Assembly (NCBI RefSeq): GCF_037042905.1
Contig: NC_087259.1
Coordinates: 22,010,001 to 22,074,000, forward strand
Length of the DNA: 64,000 bases
Reading direction: 5' to 3'
Source of the DNA: Lytechinus pictus
Lineage: Eukaryota
Part shown: positions 29,701-38,200 of the stretch, piece after piece
Layout of the letters: each line of letters begins with the position of its first letter
Numbering within the stretch: position 1 is the first letter of the stretch
Notes under the pieces: generated by a model
What the model was told of the DNA's origin: nothing
The model's input: only the letters and a program-made list of their open reading frames with translations
Database searches by the model: none
Translations under genes and position numbers: made by a program

Positions 29701-30017
29701 CTTTGCTTGATATTTTGAAATCTGTGAAATAATATTACATTACTGTATTTTTTCACTCTCTATTGATAGATATGGACTGGCCATCATCCTCTGAGAGCGG
29801 TGACGGAACGTTTGAGGAAGTCTCGCTAGCCGATGACCGTTACCAGACCGCCTTGCCTTCACCGGAACAGCTTCCTCGCAGCGAGCACACCGCTCAGCAG
29901 ATCATTCAACTTCTACAGGACATGGGGTCTTCGGCAGCCACCATTGATCGGAGTACCATCTTAGATAGGGACTTCATGCCGTGCAAGTATTGTTCGGACG
30001 TTCTCATTCATGTATGA
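5531..30017 (+). CDS. GOLGA2: Golgin subfamily A member 2 (GM130), spliced; 22 visible coding exons, 956 aa, first coding exon not located
   Basis: Exons 5531-5752, 6819-6859, 7206-7272, 8179-8235, 9111-9191, 10503-10541, 11079-11342, 11896-11954, 12639-12699, 13558-13731, 14462-14569, 15134-15221, 17702-17826, 18574-18792, 19176-19289, 21216-21374, 21502-21630, 22090-22222, 23246-23422, 24497-24603, 27536-27734, 29770-30017. All have AG/GT boundaries and compatible phases (2871 nt). GM130 motifs: [85 protein letters not shown]. Confidence 0.95.
5904..6585 (+). mobile_element. Helentron-type non-autonomous element with about 150-165-bp internal tandem units
   Basis: T-run then agctcatc-agatgagct hairpin start; repeated unit gcttcatgaggt...acacagaattt. 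Confidence 0.55.
6819..6859 (+). CDS. GOLGA2: GOLGA2 exon ([13 protein letters not shown])
   Basis: tatag acceptor, gtaagt donor; 41 nt, phase-2 end needed by the next exon. Confidence 0.75.
7206..7272 (+). CDS. GOLGA2: GOLGA2 exon ([22 protein letters not shown])
   Basis: Conserved GM130 motif; gacag/gtaagt. Confidence 0.92.
8179..8235 (+). CDS. GOLGA2: GOLGA2 exon (TSLVNGE...SDLE)
   Basis: tttag/gtgag, 19 codons. Confidence 0.88.
8689..9040. other. Assembly gap (352 N) flanked by CT-rich sequence
   Basis: N run. Confidence 1.
9111..9191 (+). CDS. GOLGA2: GOLGA2 exon ([10 protein letters not shown]...EQL)
   Basis: tatag/gtgaat, 27 codons. Confidence 0.88.
9200..9670 (+). mobile_element. 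Interspersed repeat with palindromic end (possibly Crypton-like non-autonomous)
   Basis: aatattgactggc...gccagtcaatatt hairpin; reverse-complement copy at about 22960-23100. Confidence 0.5.
10503..10541 (+). CDS. GOLGA2: GOLGA2 exon ([13 protein letters not shown])
   Basis: ttatag/gtaaat, 13 codons. Confidence 0.82.
11079..11342 (+). CDS. GOLGA2: GOLGA2 exon ([17 protein letters not shown])
   Basis: Hallmark GM130 motif; 88 codons. Confidence 0.96.
11896..11954 (+). CDS. GOLGA2: GOLGA2 exon ([19 protein letters not shown])
   Basis: ttcag/gtaggt; phase 2. Confidence 0.9.
12639..12699 (+). CDS. GOLGA2: GOLGA2 exon ([20 protein letters not shown])
   Basis: cgcag/gtgagt; restores phase 0. Confidence 0.9.
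12950..13236 (-). mobile_element. tRNA-derived SINE
   Basis: On - strand: A box TGGCCCAGTGG, B box GGTCCGAATCC, body tgctgcactcgacccagg...gaatgggtacc shared with the copy at 54806. Confidence 0.8.
13558..13731 (+). CDS. GOLGA2: GOLGA2 coiled-coil exon
   Basis: attag/gtaact, 58 codons. Confidence 0.9.
13763..13962. mobile_element. Foldback MITE
   Basis: About 32-bp TIR aagttgaagctt(t)tgatctcaacacaa / ttgtgttgagatcaaagcttcaactt. Confidence 0.7.
14462..14569 (+). CDS. GOLGA2: GOLGA2 exon ([13 protein letters not shown]...)
   Basis: ttccag/gtaggt, 36 codons. Confidence 0.9.
15134..15221 (+). CDS. GOLGA2: GOLGA2 exon (NESLTKEK...)
   Basis: tttag/gtgagg; phase 1. Confidence 0.87.
15370..17335. 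repeat. Minisatellite, about 24 units of 65-92 bp
   Basis: Core ggtgtagtagtatcagtagtagtaattgttcttatgacagtgattataataat plus variable (GAT)n. Confidence 0.95.
17702..17826 (+). CDS. GOLGA2: GOLGA2 exon (EQMNDDV...YQAL)
   Basis: ttgcag/gtaagt; restores phase 0. Confidence 0.87.
18150..18545. repeat. Degenerate (CAT)n microsatellite
   Basis: Direct reading. Confidence 0.9.
18574..18792 (+). CDS. GOLGA2: GOLGA2 exon ([16 protein letters not shown])
   Basis: Conserved GM130 motif; 73 codons. Confidence 0.95.
19176..19289 (+). CDS. GOLGA2: GOLGA2 exon ([14 protein letters not shown])
   Basis: tacag/gtcagc; conserved motif. Confidence 0.93.
19343..20520 (+). mobile_element. Helentron-type non-autonomous element with five about 163-184-bp tandem units
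   Basis: T-rich ends, subterminal IR gtctcgcctgca / tgcaggcgagac, (GGC)n microsatellite; units anchored at 19562, 19746, 19909, 20072, 20236. Confidence 0.8.
21216..21374 (+). CDS. GOLGA2: GOLGA2 coiled-coil exon
   Basis: cacag/gtaggg, 53 codons. Confidence 0.9.
21502..21630 (+). CDS. GOLGA2: GOLGA2 exon ([14 protein letters not shown]...)
   Basis: tttag/gtaagc, 43 codons. Confidence 0.88.
22090..22222 (+). CDS. GOLGA2: GOLGA2 exon ([16 protein letters not shown]...)
   Basis: ttgcag/gtaagc; phase 1. Confidence 0.9.
22545..23100 (-). mobile_element. Second, inverted copy of the 9200 repeat family
   Basis: tctaaagactcgggccaatat...gatgttcccctcaaggccagtcaatat is the reverse complement of about 9207-9280. 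The left boundary is approximate. Confidence 0.5.
23246..23422 (+). CDS. GOLGA2: GOLGA2 exon (AMEKLQEKF...GETETI)
   Basis: ttcag/gtgagt; conserved motif. Confidence 0.95.
24497..24603 (+). CDS. GOLGA2: GOLGA2 exon ([10 protein letters not shown]...)
   Basis: tgtag/gtaaga; conserved motif. Confidence 0.95.
27313..27457. mobile_element. About 150-bp MITE family C
   Basis: gggcccatttcatgaa ... tttatgaaatggaccc. Confidence 0.7.
27536..27734 (+). CDS. GOLGA2: GOLGA2 exon ([14 protein letters not shown]...)
   Basis: ttcag/gtaata; phase 1. Confidence 0.9.
29770..30017 (+). CDS. GOLGA2: GOLGA2 last coding exon (GM130 C-terminal domain, ...[12 protein letters not shown])
   Basis: gatag acceptor; TAQQIIQLL motif; TGA at 30015-30017. 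Confidence 0.93.
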
Positions 30018-30320
30018 TGGCATGACTGGCCGACCATAGTTCAGATGTTCTCATCCATGTATGATGGCATGACTGGCCGACCATAGTTCAGATGTTCTCA
30101 TCCATGTATGATGGCATGACTGGCCGACCATAGTTCAGATGTTCTCATTCATGTATGATGGCATGACTGGCCGACCATAGTTCAGATGTTCTCATCCATG
30201 TATGATGGCGTGACTGGCCGACCATAGTTAAGACATTCTCACGTATGTATTATGGCATGACTGGCCAACCATAAATCAGATGTTCTCATCCATGTATGAT
30301 GGTGTGACTGCCCGACCATA
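29992..30320 (+). repeat. 47-bp tandem repeat x7 overlapping the GOLGA2 stop codon
   Basis: ttctca recurs at 30001, 30048, 30095, 30142, 30189, 30236, 30283. Confidence 0.95.
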
Positions 30321-30639
30321 TCACCTTCCATCCATATCTAAGAGCTTTATTCACTAGTGTTGTAGCTAGCCTTTTGGCTTCAGCATGGAGTCTGATGCTA
30401 TCCAGTAGCTTTTGAAGTGAAATCAAGGTGTGGATATGTTCGCAACTGTTTTTGAATTTTTAACTACTGTTGATGGACAATCCCAATCCTGCAAGACTGT
30501 CTTGGATGGAGATTAATTGCCAAACAAGTATTATTTCAGTTGTCTTTATTTGGTCCATAGTGGTATAACATCGTGAGCTACATTCATGAATCCATTTGCC
30601 AAATGCAAGATTTTCATGGTGATCCAAATTTGCACTATT

Positions 30640-30971
30640 TTTTTTCTCACCTGCATAGCAGAGCAAGACTATTATAGTCGATTTATTGATGGTGAAACAT
30701 TTTGAAATGTCATAACTCTGAAAGTAAATTGATCTATTTCATGAAACTTGAACCTGAGGGTAGTCAAGTAATACTTGTCATCTTGACTGAGTTTCAGGTC
30801 ACATGATCAAAGTCAAAGGTCATTAGAGGTCAATGAACTAAGTATTTATTTTATTTTCAAATGAATGTTGTTTAGGGGGGGATTATTCATCTTAGCTATT
30901 TGCAATGTCAGCTCTACTGCTATATTAAATTATGTAATGCAGGCGAGACTGCCAGAGGTGTCCTACTTGTT
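30640..30971 (+). mobile_element. Short one-unit copy of the 19343 family, downstream of the GOLGA2 stop
   Basis: tctcacctgcatagcagagcaagact ... tgcaggcgagactgccagagg. Confidence 0.78.
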
Positions 30972-32381
30972 GTATTACATGCACCTGTTATTCTTTTAAA
31001 AGCTTAGATAGAATCTGCTTCCACGTACAATTGATTGCAGTTTCACTGCTTTAATCTACAGTGGGTTTTTTTTTAATTCAATATCAAGCTTTTTAAGTTA
31101 AAGTGCCTGTTCTTAAAGACCACTTCTCACTTATGTGGTCCTTATTGGCAGATTTCATAGTTATAGTGTACAAGGCAGATTTGGCAAATCCAGGATTTCC
31201 TCCAAAAGCAGACACACCATTCCATGTTTCTGTTTCAAAAGTTTTTCAGGTTACAAATTTTAAACATATACCATTAAATTATTCTCAGCCAAAACTATTA
31301 ATATGCTCTCCATTGGTATGATACATGTATTTACAAAACATTGTCTAACTGATTCTGTTTTAATTAATCACTAAAGTGGCAATGGGTAATTCTCATTGCT
31401 TTCTACCATTTTCTTACTCATAAAAGGTTTATACAATATGGAAGCAGCTGTTGAATGATAATAAAATGAATTGAAATTTGCTATGAATTCAGATATGTAT
31501 TCTAGGGAATATATTTTATATTTGATTAGTTTGATATTATCATTGGATTGCTTGTGCAGTGTTGATAACAGTCAAAATTTATAGTCACTTAATAGTATCA
31601 TGTTCAACAATGTTGATTAACTATTAGTATGTATGGAATTAAATGTTGAGTACCAGTACATATATGTCTTGTTCCTTATGAATGAAGTATGGTGTGCTTT
31701 TACAGCAGTGAATTATCTGTTTTGGATAATCGGGTCTCATAATATTCTCTGTTATAGAGATAAAAATATATTAAGTCATACATTTGCACACTTTCAGAAC
31801 AGGGATGACGTTAATGGTTATTTCGTTGATCACAGTGACATGACACTCTCCAAATTGGCAGTGTTCATTGCTTTCATTTATTGCTTCTGTGTTCTCATCT
31901 CTCAAAACAGATCCCGAGAATATTGTCATAAGTTTAGAGTGTACAATTTCTAAAAACAACCCCAAAACATTAACATTAATTTGTGGATTTTAAAGTTTAT
32001 TTATGATGTGGTATGGTACTTTTTCTGCAACAAAGTATGTTTCACTTTTTGAAATGAAAATCGATATTGCAACACAGCTTTGGGAGGTTTCAAACAACCT
32101 GTTATTATTGCATCATTGGAGATTTTACCTACAAGTATTGCAAAAGGTAAAACATGTCATTTCTGAAACGTGGTAACAGTTCAGAAAAATCTAGTTCATT
32201 TATCTACATGTACTGTATGCTTTGTATGAACTATTTATTTAATATAGAGATATAGTGCCTTATTTCACTGGACTCATTTGACAAAAGTGCAGGGCCATGA
32301 TTCGTTAACCTTGCAATCAATAGCAAGATCCGAAATACTGTTATGATCTACTGAAATGTTGCGATTTGATTGGTCAAGACC

Positions 32382-32531
32382 TGGGTTCTGTTTCATAAAA
32401 CTTGTCATGATAACAAATTTGCAATAACAGTTAAAAAGCTACTGAAATCCTTCAATCTGATTGGCTAATAGTAAATTTGTTATAGAAATTGTGCATTTGT
32501 TATTGTAACAAGTCTTTATGAAACGGGACCC
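32382..32531. mobile_element. About 150-bp MITE family C
   Basis: gggttctgtttcataaa ... tttatgaaacgggaccc. Confidence 0.7.
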
Positions 32532-35500
32532 AGATTTGTCATAGATTTTAATATTCACTGATGGAAAATAATTTAGATTTGATTTGATTTTTGATTTGAT
32601 TTGATTTATTTTTTCTTCTGCATTCATACCAATGATATACAATACAATTTTCATTGCGTAACAAACATAATATATCAGTAATTGATTTTGGTATTAATCA
32701 TAAAGAAAAAAATACAAGCTAACATGTCAATAATACATTTTGTATAGGGAACAAAATTTAAATTTTATATTCTGTATCACATAGAAGAGGGTATTCAAAA
32801 AGCCTTTGGTTTCATCGTCAAATGAAATAATGAGTATAATAAAGGACATGTTACAAGAAAGATACCTCCTAAAATCTTATATTTTGTGGTGATTCCCCCA
32901 ATTATGTAAATTAAAACAAAGCAGGTCCTGCCAAACATATTTTTAGAAAATGTTTCTTCTTTGTTACCTCCTTCCAAATATTGAATTGGGTGAAAATGGC
33001 AGGATTTAATCTTCGTACATAGCTTTCTAATATGCAATCACCAAACTTTCAAAGAAAATTTGAAGAATTTTCAATTAGAGCAATTCAAATAATAGCAAAA
33101 ATGCCACTAAATTTCATATACATGAAAATTCAAATTTTGATCAAGAATCAGGTAGATAGTAGTGATAAAATTGACTACTCTTTTTTTAACACTTTTCTGT
33201 TAAAGTGATATTTCCATAATTAACATTAGTTAACTCTTAGCAAACCTTTAGACAAACTTCTTTGACTGCATGGCTATTTGTTGACCACTTTTATGAGGCA
33301 TTTTCCCTGCACTGAGTCAATGTTATGCTACATACAGGGTACTTACTTTCTCGAAACATTACTTTGAATAGGCATAAATGAGTCAAATTTCGTCAACATA
33401 CAATTTTCATACCCGATTTCCGTTTGTACACTGTGAAGGTATTAAAAAGGTATCTTAGTTCCTATTTTGTAATTTATCTTTATTTTATCCACATTTACAT
33501 CTATGTTTTTATCATTTTTGCTTTCATACATGTATTTCTGACCATGATGTTATGTTCTGAAACGAAATGTGGATTCATACATTTATATGTAATGTATGTT
33601 TGGTTTGTTATGCAAAATTATTTAACTTAACTTTGTATCATCAATATCTTTTGATACATTCCAGAAATCTAGAACCTCAAATTCTGAAGATGGTATTTTC
33701 AAAAAATTCAAATGAAATCAAATTTGTAGAGGAAAGTAATATAAATTTAATTAATTGCTTGTTGGAATTGTTAACATTATTACTTGGAAATGAATGTGTG
33801 AAAATACTCAATTGATGATAAATTTACATAGACTCCAAAGATACAATTAATTCTTATTTGCTAAGATCCAGACAATGTAAAGTGTATATTTATTCCCTTG
33901 TTTTATCTCTGTTTTCGTAGAAATAATTGTAACAAAGACTGGTTATTTATTTAGAGTTACTCTTATCCTCTGAAAATTGACACCAAGTATTCATGGGTAT
34001 GAGACTAGCCACAAAATTTAGTAAATCATATCCCTTGGCATTTAAGTTAATTAGTATTTAAAAAGATTTTGGTTCTAAATTTCTTGTTCCTTGTACCTTG
34101 ATAAAGATAAAATAATGAGATAATTTTTTTCTTTGTTTCTATTTATTTCATGAATATATTTTATTATTTACTGTATTTTGCAATATTCTTTAAATGGTAA
34201 TAACATGGTGTTTTGATATAAAGCATATATTTTTGTTAAATTGAGATTGCTTTCCACGAATACGAATTATTTTATTGTACAGCTAATTTGGAAAAAGAAT
34301 CATAAGATTATTATTTCATGGAGGAAAATGCTCTAATTTAAAGGAAGACAAATCAGTGATAGTAACACAAATTTCATGAATTAATATCCATAATGCATTT
34401 CTTCCTTTTCCTTTCTTTCTCTTATCTTTTATATCAAACTTTAAATATGATCTAATTTCTATCCTCTCTATTGCTGTCTCTATACTAATTTAACATCTTT
34501 GACTTAATTTATACATTCAGTATTAATTATTTTGCATCTGTTCTATATTGTCTTGCAATTCCTCCTATGTTATTTCAATCTAAATCATTTCTCATGTAAT
34601 CCATCTTTATTAAAGAATGTGCCAATAGTTCTATGCCAGATGAATTGATTCCTCAAAAATGAATTTTTTGTGTTATCAAATACAATTTAATTCCCAGTTG
34701 CACAAAGAAGGAAAATTGGTGTATAAATCCTAATATTTAAAATTAAAACTTGTTTATTGATGATAAATATGGTTAGTCCTTCTTAAAGGGACTGTTATTC
34801 CATCTATTGAATTTTAATATGATGAAAAAGTTTAATTTTCATGTAATATTGAAAGACAGTTCTCAGTTGTTTTTTTTTTGTGTTTTTTAAATTTCATTTG
34901 TGAAGAATGATGATTTTATTGGATCTTTTCTTTTATAATGCAATGAATGTTGCAATGTGTAAGTAACATCAGTGTAAGAAGTTACCATTTGTATCAAAGG
35001 CTATTGTGTGGAAAAAATATTGCATGTAATTGCATGATCATCTCTATTGCCACCTCTCTTTATCTCCCTCTCCCTCCCTTCATCTTTCCCCCTCTCTCTC
35101 TGTCCTTCTTTGTCTGTCTGCCTGTCTGTCCCTCTGTCTCTCATTGTCTATCTGATTCTCTGTCTCTTTATCTGTATCTCCCTCTTCTTTCCTCTCCTTA
35201 ACTGCAATGTTTCTCAATACCAGTCATATTAGCTATCATGTTCGCTGTATAAAGTGTACATACAAATTTTATCATATAAAATGAAGAGGTCAACAAACAA
35301 TGTAATATTTTGCTGAGCCTTAGATTATGTATCTTATTCATATTAGTTGAAATATTTTTTGCTAGTAACTTGCGCAAGGTATCTGATTATTGCAGACACT
35401 TGACTACTCTCAATCTCTTGATTAAAAAAAAATTAATATACAAACTTCTTTTCTGTCTACAAGTTCATTATTTAATGTTTATTTATTCCCAGTGTTCCCA

Positions 35501-37985
35501 GTTCAATTACATTATTTTTCAGCATTTATAACAAATATCACCTTATCATAATCCTTTAAGGGTCAAGTCCATCCAAATATGTTGATAAGAATAAGTAGAG
35601 GAAATCAAACATAGCATATGCAATATGATGTAAATTTTGTGCCATAGATTAATGATTGACAGCTTACTGTAATATAAAATACTAAATTGATTAAGAACCA
35701 ATACATAACTTGGAATCATATTTACAGTATTTTAAATTTAATCCTTCATTTGTTTGGGCTATTTGCATTGTTCTTGATGGTAGCCTTGTGTTGTCATTCG
35801 ATATATAAAACAGACCATAATCGTTTAGCAAACCCGAATTTGACCTTCATTTAGTGGTGTTCCAATTACAGTTTCAGTCATTTACCCCTAGCATTTTGCA
35901 CAAAATCGGTACATTCTAGCTTCTAAAAAGACCAATTTTGTTACAGTACAATTTTTCTCAACCATCCATATTTTCGTAATCTCAAGTACTTTTTTAAGCA
36001 AAAAAAAATAGACAATTGCAGTATATAGGAACCTAGAAAAGAAACGCCTATCTTTTATGTATTTTCAAGCTCAAAAAACATTTTTGTTTATGTCAAGTGC
36101 AAGCTCATGAAAATAAATTTTTTTTTTCCGAAATCGTGTATATTTGATACAAATTTTGACATGAAATTTCAATCGATTATGGTCATATTTGATAGCCTGA
36201 CAAAACAGGGAATTCATGCATTTCCCCATAATTGTTTGTCAAACTTTGGGAATTAAATATATGGATAAATTCACGACAGTTAATCTTGAATAAATCAAAT
36301 CAAGAAGATCATAATGATTTTTATGTATGCCCGTCTGTCAAATTCTGTCAAATTTTCATTCATTTTGGGGAATTTTTGATGAAATTCCGGTATATAAATT
36401 AAACGCAATATGGGACCATGATTGTATAAGCAACAATCTCCCGTGCTAAACCCAATTTGGTCGAGAGATGGACTTAGGTTATTCTTATATTCCTATACTT
36501 AATTACAATTTTGACATCCATCTCCACATTGGTGGTGGGGGTGGCAGCCCCCCCCCCCTTGACCAAAGCACTCGAATCATTCGATGTCTTAATAAGGTCA
36601 ACTTTGTTGATACCGTCCTTGTCTCACATCTGTTCTTCATTCGATGCCATTTAATGTAAATTTTTGGGACTTGTTCTTGAGCCTTGACCACCAATAGTGC
36701 TTGAAATGGGTCTACCGGTTTATGTTTTGGCTGGATTTCAAATTATATAGACTTTTAATTATAAAACAATGATCAGCTTTATCAGATCACATGCATGCTT
36801 TGGGATAAGGCCAAGGCAAATATTATCTCCGGTTCAAACGCTCCATGGTCCAAACTTGATTTAACAATCAGTAGAACAATTAATATTTATTCCCGCACAC
36901 ATCGTTCCTTCGAAAGAAATACTTTAAAAAGTAACACTCAAAACGTAAACAACATAATTTTATCGCCTTCAACTTTAAAAGTTTAACGTCGACGGTCACT
37001 GACTTAATTATTCACGGAATACCAATTAATCAATTTAGGTATATAAAACGGTAATCAATATATACTTCAATAAAAAATAGCAAACCTACTATACCTTTGA
37101 CTTTGTCATGCTCTTCGCCTACAGGTTTCGAATATTTGTTTTTCTGAGCAAACAAGATCAGAAAATAAGACAAGCATAATACAAAAAATTAAGAATTAAT
37201 ATTCAAACATTTGTCTTACTGGAAAAGTGTATTGGAGTAACTTCTCAAGCGGGGGGGGGGGGGTAACTTTGTAATTATCTACAAATTCATAACAGCCTCT
37301 GTTTCATATTTGTTAATTGTTATATATTTCATCCACACTTTGGGAATCAAATGAGATAAAACATCATGGCAAAACGGGGCAGCGGCAGTTCATGAATTCC
37401 GAGGGGCGGGGGCTCAATAAAAGCATCACTGGGAAAAGATTATTTTATTGCCTACAAAATATTTGATGATCTTGAAATCGGTGGCAATGAAAACATTTGT
37501 ACGACTGTGTTGAAATATATACCAATGAGAGTATTATGTTCATATCAGATGACGAATAGTAGAGAAGGTGACTTTGTGAGGGCTGAAGATATAATTCGAG
37601 GATTGCACAACATCGTAAAAACGTACTATGCCTACCAGATACTACAAAGATTTGCATACAATGCTCTGTCATTTAGCATAGAATGGCCTCAAGTGTAAAC
37701 ACAAGTTCGGTTTTTTCACTGTTTCTGAACTCACGATGGTTCTTTGAATGCATATGTAGCCTTTTGTAACCCCCCTTCTGTGTTTCATTCTACTCTCGGT
37801 TTGCAAGAACTTACTTATCCATTGGAGCAAAGAAATTAGATGGATTTTAAGAGAAGACAATTTACTGTCAAAGTCAAAACGTTTTGTTAAAACATGCCCT
37901 CAACACTCCCAGCTGATCTTACGCTCGAGTGCAAACCACAAGAAAACAAAGAATATTAGTGCGTTGACCGTATATACAGGGCCAT

Positions 37986-38071
37986 CCAATCGGAAGCGCG
38001 TTTCGCCTTGATAGCGACACATTCGACCAATCAGAAGGTACGATACGTAATCGCCTTTGCTATCGATAAAA
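37986..38071 (+). promoter_or_regulatory. Putative proximal promoter of the 145-aa gene
   Basis: CCAAT at 37986 and 38027, GATA site near 38009, and TATA-like GATAAAA near 38065, about 75 nt before the ATG; locally CpG-rich. Confidence 0.5.
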
Positions 38072-38143
38072 GTCCTCAGCAGACGACAGAGTGAAGTCAA
38101 TCCATTTTCTCGCAAATAATCAGTTAGACTCCATCCTGCCATC

Positions 38144-38200
38144 ATGAAGGTTTCTATGATCATCGCTTGCTTGGCCATTGTGCCTTTCATCGTAGCCCAG
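38144..38200 (+). CDS. Secreted-protein exon 1 (signal peptide)
   Basis: MKVSMIIACLAIVPFIVAQ; CAG|gtaatt donor. Confidence 0.82.

Noticed and set aside
29992-30320. CRISPR-like array
   Set aside because: Head-to-tail tandem copies with no unique spacers, in a eukaryotic context with no cas genes; the same applies to 15370-17335
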